Assembly (NCBI GenBank): GCA_964016885.1
Contig: OZ024742.1
Span: 199,516,001 to 199,580,000, forward strand
From: Eledone cirrhosa
Lineage: Eukaryota
Direction of reading: 5' to 3'
Length of the DNA: 64,000 nucleotides
Shown here: positions 40,932 through 54,403 of the stretch, piece by piece
How positions within the stretch are numbered: position 1 is the stretch's first letter
Layout of the letters: every line of letters starts with the position of its first letter
The notes under the pieces: generated by a model
The model's input: only the letters and a program-made list of their open reading frames with translations
The model's database searches: none
What the model was told of the DNA's origin: nothing
Translations under genes and position numbers: made by a program

Positions 40932-43900
40932 CTACAGGCTGATATAGAGAGAAGGCCCATTCACTCGGGCCATTCTCGCTACTTTCACCCATCTTTCATA
41001 AAACTTGCTGGGGTAGAGCACCTCTCTCTCCATTCTGATCCTTCTTCTAAAGTGGTACTTGAAAAAAAAGACCAGTTGTTGGCCGGAGAGATAGGTGTCT
41101 GACCTCAGCCCTTTCAACCTTGTCCACCATACATCTTCTTTCGCCATGGCTATCACACAGAGGAAAACCGCCTCTCCTTCGTTTTTGAAAGGGGGAGGCG
41201 GTTTGATTGTGACAATGTTCTCGGTGGTCAACCTGATTGGTCCCACCCGCGACAGTAGTCGTTCTACATAGCCCCACAGGTCAGCAACGCCCGGGCAGTG
41301 TACGAATGCGTGTGCGACGGTTTCCTCGTCACGCACGCATCTTGGACAGATCTTCTTCGAGGGGTCCCTACCCGGGTGCCCGTGTCTGTAGAGCTTGTCC
41401 CGAACGGGTAGAGCTCCTCGGTAACATTGCCAAGCCAGGGACTTTTGGAAGTTGTCCATCGGTCCCGGGCCAAACGTCCTACCGAACAGACTGGCCAGCT
41501 CGTCTTCCTCCATGCCCAGAGCCTCTCCGAGAGCGTCGTCGCACTTACTGCGCACCAACCCTCTATAGAATGTTGAGGTTGAGTCTCCACTGATTGCCGG
41601 ATCCGCTTGCCAGAGGGCCGTGAGCGCCTGGGCACATTCAATGTGCCAGTCGCCCACTTTTCTCGGTCTTTGCTTGACCCAGGATTGCAGCTCGGTGAGT
41701 GAGACGAGTCTCGGAAAGGCTCGCCTCACAAACAGGGCCCACACCGGCTGACCGGTGAGGAATACCTGGAGGTGCCGTAGCCTTAATACATGTCTACGCA
41801 TCGTCAGCCACGGCATCCCCAGCCCTCCGTTCGAAGGGTGTTGACAGCAGATGGATCTTCTCACCAAAGGAGCCCGCTTCTTCCAAAGAAATCGGAAGAG
41901 CGCGCGCTCCATTTTGGCGAGTGTTTTCTCTGGGCAAGGCACGACGGTCAAGCGGTAGTAGATGACCGACGCTATATAAGCGTTCGCCACCTCCGCTTGA
42001 CCTTTCAGGGATAGTTTGCACTCGGCCCACTTCTGGGCGAGTGCAAACACCTTGCCCGTTACCTCGTCCCAGTTTTTCTCCACCTGGAGGTCCGGTCCGA
42101 ACCAGACCCCGAGCAGCTTCACCGGTCCCTCCGTCCAGCGTCCGACGATGCCGTCGGAGGGCATCGTTTTGCCCCTCCACGTCCCGAGTTGCAAACCGAC
42201 GGACTTGTCCCGGTTCAGCTTGGCTCCTGTGAACCTTTCATATTCCTCCAGTAAGGTGCCGATCTGCCCGATTTCCGAGGCGCACGACACCATTACTGTC
42301 ACGTCATCGGCGTAGGCCGACACCGCTTTCCGCAATCCCGGTTCCAAGGGGATGCCCTGCAACAGCTCCAGCTTCCTCAGTAGTGGCTCGAGAGCCAGCA
42401 CATACAGGAGGGAGGAGAGAGGGCATCCCCGTCGAATGGATCGCGTGATTTGGAACGGCTCCGAGAGGTAGCCGTTCACCTTGACCCTCGAGCAGGTGTT
42501 GTTGCTGTGCATTGCAGCAATCCAGCCCCTGAAAACGGGTCCGAAGCCTGCCGCCGCGAGCACCGCATCCAGGTACCGATGGTCAACCCTATCGAACGCT
42601 TTAGATTGATCCAAGTTGATCAGGGCCCCACCAAAGCCGGGTTCGTTCCCTACCCTCTCTACGATGTATCGCATGAGGTGGAGGTTGTCGTGTATGGACC
42701 TGGACGGGATTGCGCATGTCTGCGCTTCTCCCACCAGGTTCCCGACGACAAGCGCCAACCTCTTCGCTAACACCTTGGCCAAAATCTTTAACTCTGTGTT
42801 TAGCAGAGTTATGGGCCTGAAGTTATCTATGTCATCCCCTTGTTCTCGTCCTTCCTCACCAGCGTGACTACGCCCTTGGTCACAGAACTGGGAATTCTCC
42901 CGTTCTGTTGCCAGTTGCAGTAGACCACTTCGAGGAGACCGGAGAACAAGCCCGGCATCGCTACATAAAGTTCGTATGGTAGACCATCGAGACCCGGAGA
43001 TTTGCGTTTGCCGCATTGGCTCAGCGCTTCCCCTATTTCAGCGGCTGAAATCGGCCTCTCGCAGGACTTCGCCTCCCCGTCCGAGAGCCGCGCCAGACCA
43101 TCGAGGTATGGACCGAAATCCATAGCCCCACCCGGCCCGCCGCCCCTCCCGAACAGTTGTGCAAAGCGCCGTTGAAAGGCCGCGCTCATCCGCTCAGGTT
43201 CAAGGATCACGCGTCCATCCTGGTCCTTCAAAGACCGAATCGTGGACTTGTTTCCACTTTTTGCCTCTGTCACTCGGGCCCAGCTAACAGCTTTGGCTCC
43301 CTCGTTACCCAGAGCACGTATTTTACTCCTGACAACGCAGCCCTCGTGCTTCGCATCAAAGAACTGGTCTAGGGCCGTTCTTGACGCCAGCACGCCGGCC
43401 ACGTTGCCACTCCTAATCGCCTCTTCTACTCTATTTGTTAATTCCCTTTCAGTTCTATTCCTATCTGATGCTAATTCCCGACTAAAACCTATCGATTCTA
43501 TTCTAATTTCTCTCTTGAGAGAGCCCCACCACCTGTTGTTTACAATTGCCCCCGTCAAACGTTGCTTAACTAGTGTGCTAATCCGCTTACTGTAAGCTTT
43601 GTTTGTCGGTAAAGACAAGTTTAGCTTCCAGTAACCGGGTCCCTGTCTATGAGTTCTATCAAGGTTGACCACTCCGGTCAACAACTTGTGATCCGAATAG
43701 TCAACCATGAACATTCGTGGACAGCTTAATATGTCCCTATCCTTATTTCTAACTAAGAACCTATCTAGGTACGACCTGGATGTTCCGCTGCGATTACTCC
43801 ACGTCCACCGTGGCACAGTCGGAAAATCCAGTCGATATCTATCGGCCAGATCAAATCGGCCGATTAATCGTTTGAGGCTGTTACACCCCCCTCTATCGGG

Positions 43901-44322
43901 ACATGCCCCTACATAGTCCCAACGTGCATCCAGGATACCATTCCAGTCCCCCACTAAAAGCAAGGAGCGAGACGTTCCCAGGAAATTCTCCAGGCGTCGG
44001 AAGAAGTCCGGTCGCGGTGTCCCCGATGGGGCATACGCTGCCACCAGCCTGAAAGCTCCACCTTCACCACTGCCGACGTCTAAAACCACCAGTCGACCCT
44101 CCGGGTCCAGGTGTACCTTCTATGTGGCAAGACCCAGGTATTTTCGCAGCAGAACGACAACCCCACCCCACCCCTCGGCTGACAGAGAGATGCGTAGATC
44201 TCAAAGTCGCAAATAACCATTACATCCACTCTGTGCGACCTGAGGTCATTTAAGAGTTTGCCCTGTTTCCAGGACATCCCCAAGCCGTGTGCATTCACAC
44301 ATCCGACTCTTATATTGGCCAT
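40932..44322 (-). pseudogene. Tx1 ORF2 (AP endonuclease and reverse transcriptase) with at least two frameshifts
   Basis: MANIRVGCVNAHGL; YAPS..GDWN..SYLDRF..SDHK (APE); GPGYWKLN; KSPGLDGLPYE; NFRPITLLNTELKILAK; LDQSKAFDRVDH; SAYADD; CPRC..ETVAHAFVHC. Confidence 0.92.
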
Positions 44323-44364
44323 GTTGGTGCTGAAGAGGTAAAAAGGAAGAGGAAAGGAAATTAC

Positions 44365-46126
44365 TTACCTCTTCGTCTCCTGGGGACCAGGCTGCACAAT
44401 TTCCATGGGGGTGTTGGAAGGGTTGTTTGGTGGGGTGGTGGTTTGTGGTGGGGTGAGGACATCAGTGTGTGGTGGGATTAGGGTGTTTGGTGGGGTGTGG
44501 GTGTCTGGTGTGGGGGTGGGGAAACATCTCAATAGGACGCTGTTATGTGGTTTGGTGCAGTTGGTCCCCACATGCATTGGATGGTTCTTTTTCAAAGTTA
44601 CATAGGTTTCCGTTGGGACCCTAATCATCATTAGGTGCGGTTTGTTCGCTGCGTAGGTGAAAATGATCCCTTCGGTTTCCACCGAAGGGTTTTTTTCTAT
44701 CGCTTTCATCAACGTTTTATTGTTCTTGTTAATGTATGTATAGAGTTTTTGTTGTGTTGTGTTTGTTTTTGTTTGTTGTTCTTGCGGGTTTACGTTTTAT
44801 AGTACGTGTTATGTTTTGGGGAGGGGTGGTTTTTTTAATTTGTGATGTTTGTTCTGTTTGTGCTGGTGGTTGTGTGTTTGTGGCATTTTTGTTAATGTGG
44901 TGCCTTTTTTTTTTCATTTTCACCTCTTGAAAGGGTTCTCCCTCGTCGTCACTGTGTGACGTTGATACGGAGTCCTCTTCCGTGTTGTTGGGGAGGGGTA
45001 TATTTTGAGGTTTTGTTGTGGTTGCTTTTGTATTTGTTTTAGGTGGGGAGGGGTTGGGTGGAACAGTGTTTTGTGTTGTTATTTTTCCGTGTTGTGGTGG
45101 TGGTGGTGGTGGTGGTGGTGGTGGTTGTGTTGTGTTCGGGGTTGGCAGAAGGGCCTTTTTTTTGACTCGTTAATTGAGGACAGGCAGCCCTCAAGTGACC
45201 CCTTCTTAAGCAGTGGTAACATGACGGCCGCCTTCCCTCCACTGAAATGTTTATATAAGTTAGCCCGTCCAGAGGCACGCGTTGTGGGATATTCGCTATT
45301 CGTTCTGGGCTCATTTGCACCAGAACTTCTACGGTGGTCCCACCAAATACACCTCCGGAGGACTTTCCTATTGAAATTATCTTGTCTTCGTCAAAGTTTA
45401 TTATTCCACATAGTATCCACCAAATGTTTACATTTGGTGTGATACTCATTATTTTTATTCTTTGTGTCCTTTTTCCCCTGTATGTGGGGTAAAAGGTGAA
45501 GTGGGGGACACAATGGGTGCTATCGAGTACTTTTGAGCTGTTGACTGGTTGTTCATCAGCACCGAAATGCTACCAAACAGTTTACCTTTTTGTATGAAGG
45601 TTAAGTCCTTCATTGTGTCTTTTAGAACCAACTCAATTTCATTTTGTGATAATTGAGCTGGTTACGTTCGATATTGTCCTGAAAACTACAGTTTTCAGGA
45701 CAGCCTCTCTACGTAATTCCTGTGGATAATTGATGCTAAAAGCACCGTTTTCGCCAAAAGTCACGAATTGTTTTGCGTCTTGTAATAGTTGTTTAGCATT
45801 TGTTATGTCTATTGGCGTGTATAGTTCGTTTTTTTTACGGTCTGTGCAAATGTTGTTTTGGTGTTGTTGTCTTTCGTGTTACTGTCACTGTTGGTAATAT
45901 TGGTGTTGCTATTGTTGCAGTTGTTGGTTGTGGTGTTGTTGTCATTGTTCTTGTTGTTGGTGCTGGTATTATTTGCCGGATTTGGTTTCGCGGTTTCGAT
46001 ATTTTCCACGTTTTTCGATGATGCGAGGGGGGACGGCTGCAAGCTTTGTACTTCTACCTTTCCTCCACCACTTTTCTTAGCAGGCGTGGCACTCACGACA
46101 GTGTGCGAGGTGGAAATGGCATCCAT
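44365..46126 (-). pseudogene. Tx1 ORF1 (nucleic-acid-binding, zinc knuckle), disrupted
   Basis: Pieces MDAISTSH...KTTFAQTVKK, VEGRRPSCYHCLRRGHLRAACP and ...PGPQETKR* in shifting frames. Confidence 0.75.
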
Positions 46127-47054
46127 TGCCACCAAGTCTACAGTTTTTAGAAGAAAATTGAAAATTTCGCCCCGGAAAGGGGCGAAAATTTGTTGACTTA
46201 ACGTCTGACGGCCAAGGCAAGGGGCTAAACCAAACAATGTTATTAAATTGATCAATAAACTCACAGTTTTTTTTGACAACAATCCGTAAAAATCCGGAGC
46301 AAAGTAAATCACGTCTATATCAAGTGGTAATTGATATAGAGAGGGGGATTGGAAGAGAGTTCCGTATAGTAAATATAGAGAGGGGGATTGGGAGAGAGTG
46401 TTGTATGGCTGGTGTAGAGAGGGGGAGAATTTGGTGGTAATGAATAGAGGATATAGAGCGGGGGAGATATTGATGTTTATTGGTATAGAGAGGGGTTTGG
46501 AAGAGAGTTCCGTGTTATAGATATAGAGTCGGGGAGAGTTTGGTGTTAATTGACATAGAGAGGCTGCGTGGCCATGCCTCCTCCCACCCCACCGCCAATA
46601 ATTATATTTTTCTCCCCAAACTACCAAATCCCACAACTATTAGGATATGCCTTACAATTTATGTACGTTATGTTTATCGCTTATCGTAGTTTTCTAACCA
46701 TTTTAGGGCGCAAAGAGCTAAACTAATCACTACAACTAAATTGACCAAATTTCCCCCCCCCCCCACCAATTCAGAAATGCTTCCACCGCCCCTGTTCTAC
46801 TTTCTGTATTGAGTACCTTACTTTAATTTGGTTCCATTTCGTTCTGTAATAGTTTACCATTCTACTGAGCATGTGTATGTGTGTATCTATGTGTGTGTGT
46901 GTGCGTGCGTACATGTAAAATATAGACTCAGTTTCCTTGTTCTTCACATATCAATGGGTGCAAAGCTGAGGATATATCATCAGTGTTGTATCCTGGAGTC
47001 CCTAGCATGTGATTGGTTCACTAACAACATGAGTCCATTGACACTGTTTTAGCG

Positions 47055-48095
47055 TGAGCACCAGTACCAGCAGCACCATCACCACCGCCAACACCGGCAC
47101 CACCAGCACCACCAGCACCAGCACCACCAGTACCAACAGCACCATCACCACCGCCAACACCAGCACCACCAGCACCACCAGCACCACAACCAATACCAGC
47201 AGCACCATCACCACCGCCAACACCAGCACCACCAGCACCACCAGCACCACAACCAACACCAGCACCACTATCACCACCGCCAACACCAGCACCACCAGCA
47301 CCACCAGCACCAGCAGCACCACAACCAACACCAGCACCACTATCACCACCGCCAACACCAGCACCACCAGCACCAGCACCAGCACCACCACCACAACAAC
47401 AACCACCATCACCACCACGACCACCACGACCACCACAACAACCTCTAACAGCAACAACATCACTACCACCACCAACACCAACACCAACACCAACACCAGC
47501 ACCATCAACAACACTATCACCTCCACTACCACCACTTCAATACCACTACCATCACCACCTACACAACTATCACCACCACCACCACCACCACCACCACTAC
47601 CATCACCATCACCACCACCACCACCACCACTACCATCACCAGCTACACAACTATCACCACCACCACCATCACCACCACCACCACCACCATAACCACCACC
47701 ACTACCATGACCACCTACACTACTATCACCACAACCACCATCGCCACCACCACTACCATCACCACCAACACTACTATCACCACCACCACCACCACAGACA
47801 CCACCACCACGAACATCACCACCACCACCATAACTGCCACCACCATCTACACCACCACCACCACCATCTACACCACCACCACCACCACCTCCACCACTAC
47901 CATCACCACCACAACTACTACCACAGACACCACCACCAACATCACCACCAACATCACCACCATAACTGCCACCACCATCTACACCACCACCACCACCACC
48001 ACCTCCACCACCACCATTACCACCAACACTACTCTCACCAGCACAACCACCACCGTCACCGTTACCACTACCACCACCCTCATAATCCACCACCA
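47055..48095. repeat. ACC/AGC-rich compound minisatellite
   Basis: Higher-order units such as accatcaccaccgccaacaccagcaccaccagc and ccactaccatcaccacc. Confidence 0.9.
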
Positions 48096-48487
48096 CACTC
48101 AAATTTCAAACAAGTCATCATCACTGTTTTTACAACTGCTTTTAAGACCACATCTAGTAAGTAACAGTATATCATTTCAATTTTTTCACTTGCCCATCCC
48201 CCCTCTCCACCCCTTTCTCTCTCTCTCCCCTCTACCCCCCCTCTCTCTCTCTGTATATATATATATATATATATATATAAATTTTGAGTATATGTTGGTT
48301 GTATACCAACACCTCACTATGCAGATTGGAGCACTCGACGAAGTACGCAGGTTGGTTTGGTTACTCCGGAGTATGATTCCAGTTCCTCAGTGAAATAACA
48401 ACCCAACCAGGAACTGGGCATATCAGAGTATTGACAAAGTTATACACCTCAACAACATATGTACTTGTCTATACCACACTAATTCGG

Positions 48488-48542
48488 ACTGCCTGAAGAG
48501 GTCACAGCGAAAGATGGCTGTCACCGAAATATATATAGCAGT
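48488..48542 (+). ncRNA. Type I hammerhead ribozyme motif, family F, in a (TA)n-flanked unit of about 320 bp
   Basis: actgc-CTGAAGA-ggtcacagc gaaagatg gctgtcacc-GAAA-tatata-TA-gcagt-AATAAA. G-C closure of stem II, palindromic stem III. Confidence 0.82.
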
Positions 48543-48602
48543 AATAAACGAAGCTAAATTTTAAACATTTGACTTATTTATTTAATTTTATTTTATATAT
48601 AT

Positions 48603-48638
<36 letters not shown>

Positions 48639-48861
48639 TTTAGTAAGTAAGTTAATTTAAAAAAATTTTTTTTTTTAAATCTTCTTATTTTACGTCTTTT
48701 ATATTATTGTTCTGCATCCTCCTGCATTGAACCACCTAGGTACTATGACATAAGCTGTGTATTTGCTAGCATTAGCGTACATCTGTACGCATATGTTAGT
48801 AGATATACTAAATTCTCTCTCTCTATATATATATGTATATATATATATATATATATTTGTA

Positions 48862-48931
<70 letters not shown>

Positions 48932-49042
48932 TATATATATATACATATATGGACATACATATATATATAAGTATACAAATATATATTTATATATATATAT
49001 ATATAAATATACAAATATATATTTATATATATATGTAAATAT

Positions 49043-49078
<36 letters not shown>

Positions 49079-49130
49079 TGGACATATATATATAAATATA
49101 TAAATTTATATATATATATATATATATATA

Positions 49131-49295
49131 GGAAAAAGTATGACCCGTACTACTCGTCCAGAAATAGCCGTCGAAACGGCTTGAGCTCTGCCGTCGGGGT
49201 CATACTTTTTCCTTTTTCCCACTCTACTACCCTAAGTATTGAGTACTCTTGTGCGTTATGGTCCATCTGGTTCCTTACCACAATTCCTTTGTTAT
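49131..49295 (+). repeat. Dispersed (TA)n-inserted family with a half-hammerhead; other copies at about 21295-21420, 27475-27665, 38428-38556, 50710-50815
   Basis: Shares gtgtggtaaggaaccag.tggaccataac.cacc..agtactc.atac and GAAA-cggc ttgagctct gccg-TC-ggggtc. Confidence 0.7.
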
Positions 49296-49315
49296 ATATA
49301 AATATATATATATAA

Positions 49316-49351
<36 letters not shown>

Positions 49352-49789
49352 TTTTGCATTCTTGCAAAAATATACACAACTGAATTCATTCGCCGATATA
49401 GGGTTGCCTCCCTTGCCGATCCCCACGTGGGGTCAGCAATAGTCAGTCCTTGTATTAACATTGAGAAAGTGGCTTCCTTGTTCAATCATCTTACCAGAAG
49501 CCTGACATTATTTATGTAAGCGGACGGTACTTGATTTAGGAGCCGCAGAAACCCATATACTGGATTTTTCCAACCTTCCACGGGTTCGGGTAAATTTTCA
49601 ATACCCGAATTACTTGATCGTTTTTTTTTGGCTATGCGAATGATTGTTTAACCATCGTCTCAGTGTGTTTGGCCTTTAACGTTTGTTATAGCTCTGGTTC
49701 ATCTGAATCATTGAGCACTTGCCACACATCTCGGAGGTTGTTTTTCGTTATTTCGTGGGCCGAAATGCGAATCTCGATAATTTATGTTT

Positions 49790-49888
<99 letters not shown>

Positions 49889-49949
49889 GATATATATTGA
49901 GTTATAAACTCGAAATAGTCTTTTACAATTAAGGGAATATTTCCGAGCC

Positions 49950-50595
49950 GTGTAATACAATTGAATATATGAGAGGGATGAACACTGATACAAGTATACA
50001 TGTGTTCGAATTGCAAATGACCAAGTTCGCTAGGTTGAAAAATACTAATTTAAAATAATATGGTTTGCTTGTCTCGATTTAATAATAAGAATAACAAACC
50101 TATAGTGGCAATGGCCACTATAGGTTTGTTATTCTTATTATTGTTAATTCTAAATTTGTGTCGCAACAATTATTAAGTGAAAGTCACTATTCCTCTGCTT
50201 TTCTGCGGGTATCCGAAAATTGGTACCTTTCACTTCGAAATACTTAAGAAGACTGAGAACTATGTGTTGTTGTACGCACATTCGATCCCCTATGGCCCAC
50301 ATTAGGTGAAAAACTGCGTTTTTTCAGCTTTTTAGGGATTTTTTGAGACGTTAGGTCATACCGATTTCCTTGAAATTGTAACTATGTATTAGTCAGTCTC
50401 TTCTTCATACCGTGAGCAAGAAAGCGCACGGCCATTGCTAATATAGGTTTGTTATTCTTATTGATTTATTATTTTAAATCGAGACAGGCAAACCATATTA
50501 TTTTAAATTAGTATTTTTCAACCTAGCTAACTTGGTCATTTGCAATTCGAACACATGTATACTTGTATCGGTGTTCATCCCTCTCATATATTCAT
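49950..50595. repeat. Inverted duplication (about 49953-50100 / 50445-50595) with hairpin 50082-50142 and a Helitron fragment at about 50290-50440
   Basis: Direct reverse-complement match. Confidence 0.75.
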
Positions 50596-50598
50596 TTG

Positions 50599-50711
<113 letters not shown>

Positions 50712-50822
50712 CGAAGGAAGTGTGGTAAGGAACCAGATGGACCATAAGGCACCAGAGTACTCAATACGTCCAGAAATAGCCGCCGAAACGGCTTGAGCTC
50801 TGCTGTCGGGGTCAAACATTTT

Positions 50823-50862
<40 letters not shown>

Positions 50863-50994
50863 GTATATTTATTAAAATAAATAAATATTTGGTGTACTGT
50901 TCTTATATATTTGATATATATTTATCCTTATCGAGCCCGCTTTGGATTTTAGTCTTCAAATTTATTATTATTACTATAATCTATAAACTGTTGT

Positions 50995-51030
<36 letters not shown>

Positions 51031-51209
51031 TGTCTGTGTGTCCTCATTTTTGCAAAGTCTGTACAAATCCACATTTCTACTCCGATTGACTTCAAACTTA
51101 CATTTATATATTCCTTGCGATCTAAAGATATTAACTGCAGCTTTTATTTTTCAATTTTCTGTTGTTAAAGGGGTGTTAGGCGCTGGTTATCCATCTCCGT
51201 CGCGCTCTT

Positions 51210-51450
51210 ATAATTGTTTCTACTTTTGGCACAAGGCCAGCAATTATCCAGTTCATTACTGGTACTTTATTTCATTGACCTCGTAAGGATGAAAGGCAAA
51301 GTTAACCTCGGCGGGATTTGAACTCAGAATGGCAAGGGCCGTAACTCTATGCGTCAAAGCATGGCGTCCGACCCTCTACCGATACTGCCAATCCACCGCT
51401 CTTATAATTGTTTCTACTTTAGGCACAAGGCCAGCAATTACCCAGTGCGC
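51210..51450 (-). mobile_element. tRNA-SINE plus a truncated second copy at the same site
   Basis: cgctcttataat occurs three times, bracketing the two copies. Confidence 0.75.
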
Positions 51451-51849
51451 TCTTATAATATCTGTCTGTAAGCCTCGTTGTCTGCATTACGACATTCTGA
51501 GGAACATTGATGACGTATTATGTTCGCTATTATCCGTTCATTGCCAGGGAACATCTTCACGAACCAAAGTATCGTCTTCCTGTTTTCCTTCGGTTGCAAC
51601 GTTTTTCGAAATATTTACTTCTGCCTTCACAGATTGATGTTTTTAGTTTCAGAAGATCCCGCTAAGGGTGAAAGCAACGATTCTTTGCTTAAACTTTAAT
51701 CTGTTATTTTAATCTATATATGTATATATTTAAAACTGAGGAAGTATGTATGTATGTATGTATGTATGTATGTATGTATGTATGTATGTATGTATGTATG
51801 TATGTATGTATGTATGTATGTATGTATGTATGCATGTATGTATGTACTG

Positions 51850-52453
51850 GGATACATGTTCCCAGTAGCACCAACTGGTGACCAGTACAACCTGTCTCAT
51901 GGTCGAGTCGTTGGCGACTAAACTGGCAACCCCACCAAGGTTTCTTGGTGAGGAGGGTGACTTTGGACATCCTGCAGGACTAAAAACAAAACCTGTCAAA
52001 GGGCAAAGGAGCTCTTAAGAGTCAGTGGCCATCCAAAATCAGCGGGAGAGATGACCCCTTAGCCTTTGTCAAGGCAGAATTCTAGGAGAAGGAAAACTCT
52101 GATATAACACCTGCAACCCTGATGGTATCTAATGATGTTGACTTGTTCTTCTTTTTGGTAAATATCATCTTGGTTAAGAGATTGGGACTGGCTTTGTGCA
52201 GTGCCTTTGCTCACTATAAAAGCTTCACGGCACAGGCATTGCTTTATATCTGGAGATCTCTCTGCACTTGTCGTCACATTGTACCATGGGCCCAGCACTA
52301 TGTGTCAATAATTGTCACAAGTGTAGTGTTTGTACCAGAGTTTTCAAGTCGCTGGCTGGACTAAAAAGTCACACTTGTTTAGCGTATCGGTAGGGGTTCT
52401 CCTACATGGATATAAAGTAGTGGACGTACTCGAAAACGAGTTGGCAGCCACCA
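51850..52453 (+). mobile_element. Internally deleted (bipartite) RTE: 5' UTR-like segment joined to the zinc-finger 3' end
   Basis: 3' part matches the 4283-4460 RTE end. 5' part matches about 4070-4255 and 61230-61480. (TATG)n on both sides. Confidence 0.7.
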
Positions 52454-52502
52454 TGTATGTATGTATGTATGTATGTATGTATGTATGTATGTATGTATGT
52501 AT

Positions 52503-53016
52503 GGTTAAACCACTGGGAGTGAAGGACCCCTAGCCTTTCTCAGGGCATTCCTCTAGGAGAAGGCAACTCAGGAAACTGGGATGACTCCGATATAAAACCT
52601 GCGGCTCAGTAGTTACCGATGATGTTGATCTTTTCTTCTTTTCTGGTTATAGCTACTGTCGCTCAGAGAGTGGGATTGGCTCAGTGCACAGTCTTTCGTC
52701 ACTTTAAAAAAATCTTCACGCAAAGGCATTGCACGATAGAATTAATTAATTGTTTCTACTTTAGGCACAAGGCCAGCAATTACCCAGTGTATTACTGGTA
52801 CTTTATTTTATCGACCCCGTAAGGGTGAAAGGCAAAGTCAACCTCGGCGGGATTTGAACTCAGATCGTAAAGGGATGTAACTATGCTGGAAAGCATGGCG
52901 TCCGACCCTCTACCGATACTGCCAATCCACTGCCCTAGACGATAGAATTAATTAATAATTATTAATAATGGTATATCGTGCAACAGTCATACTTGATAAC
53001 GAGGGGGCAGCCATCA
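52503..53016 (+). mobile_element. Bipartite RTE-derived element with a nested tRNA-SINE (52751-52938)
   Basis: Nested SINE is flanked by the 18-bp TSD acgatagaattaattaat (52733-52750 / 52939-52956). Empty-site version at 3722-4036. Confidence 0.78.
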
Positions 53017-53047
<31 letters not shown>

Positions 53048-53077
53048 ATGTATGTATGTATGTATGTATGTATGTAT

Positions 53078-53550
53078 GTTCTTCTGGTTTTATAATTTCA
53101 CAAAGTTTTCCCAATAGAGAGAGAGTCGGTTTCTAACATAGACACAAGACTCTCTCATTGGAATTTACACAACATCAACTAGGTAGGTATGTATGTCTGT
53201 ATGCATGCATGTGTAGATATGGATGTTATTGTATGTGTGGATGTGTATGTTTTGAGTTGTATGTGTGCATGTGTATATGCTTTGTATCTGTACATGTGTA
53301 TATGCGGTTATTAGATGCAACAGTTTTGGAATATTTTACATATTTTTACTGTTCCATTAATGGATTGTACTTGTAGTTTCCTAACTAGTTGTGTTCTTTC
53401 TGTTCCTGTGAAGCCTAGCTTCTCAAGATTTGTATTGAGGCAGTTACTAACATATCCCAGTGCCCCAATAATCACAGGCATAAATCTGAAGGTGTAATCA
53501 AGGTGGAGTATCTGCAGATCTCTCATCAGTTCTGCATAAATATTCTCCTT
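53078..53550 (-). mobile_element. 3' end of an R4-like REL LINE in (CATA)n
   Basis: KENIYAELMRDLQIL..F.PVIIGALGYV..LQVQSINGTVKICK. (TATG)n on both sides. Confidence 0.82.
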
Positions 53551-53634
53551 ATGTATGTATGTATGTATGTATGTATGTATGTATGTATGTATGTATGTAT
53601 GTATGTATGTATGTATGTATGTATGTGTATGTGC

Positions 53635-54320
<686 letters not shown>

Positions 54321-54324
54321 TATG

Positions 54325-54399
<75 letters not shown>

Positions 54400-54403
<4 letters not shown>

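Larger units (their letters stand above)
40700..46318 (-). mobile_element. Near full-length Tx1 (L1-group) LINE with frameshifted ORF1 and ORF2
   Basis: ORF1 about 46126-44365 with a CCHC knuckle. ORF2 from ATG 44322 has APE, RT and a C-terminal CxxC..HxxxxC. Confidence 0.92.
40331..46794. mobile_element. Putative minisatellite-bearing non-autonomous DNA element interrupted by the Tx1 LINE
   Basis: Imperfect TIR aaggagcggtagaacc / gcttccaccgcccctg (12 of 16 match). The same tagatatagagaggggga minisatellite lies at 40450-40695 and 46320-46565. Direct repeat about 40370-40445 / 46595-46670. Confidence 0.45.

Noticed and set aside
41047-43916. Overlapping and antisense ORFs inside the Tx1 ORF2
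   Set aside because: By-products of GC-rich coding sequence with no independent motifs.
46925-46990. Additional hammerhead (minus strand CTGATGA-tatatc...gatatgt-GAAG)
   Set aside because: GAAA is mutated and there is no convincing stem I or stem III.
47002-48393. Gly/Val-rich and mucin-like Thr-rich ORFs
   Set aside because: ACC-based minisatellite open in several frames on both strands, with no unique coding context.
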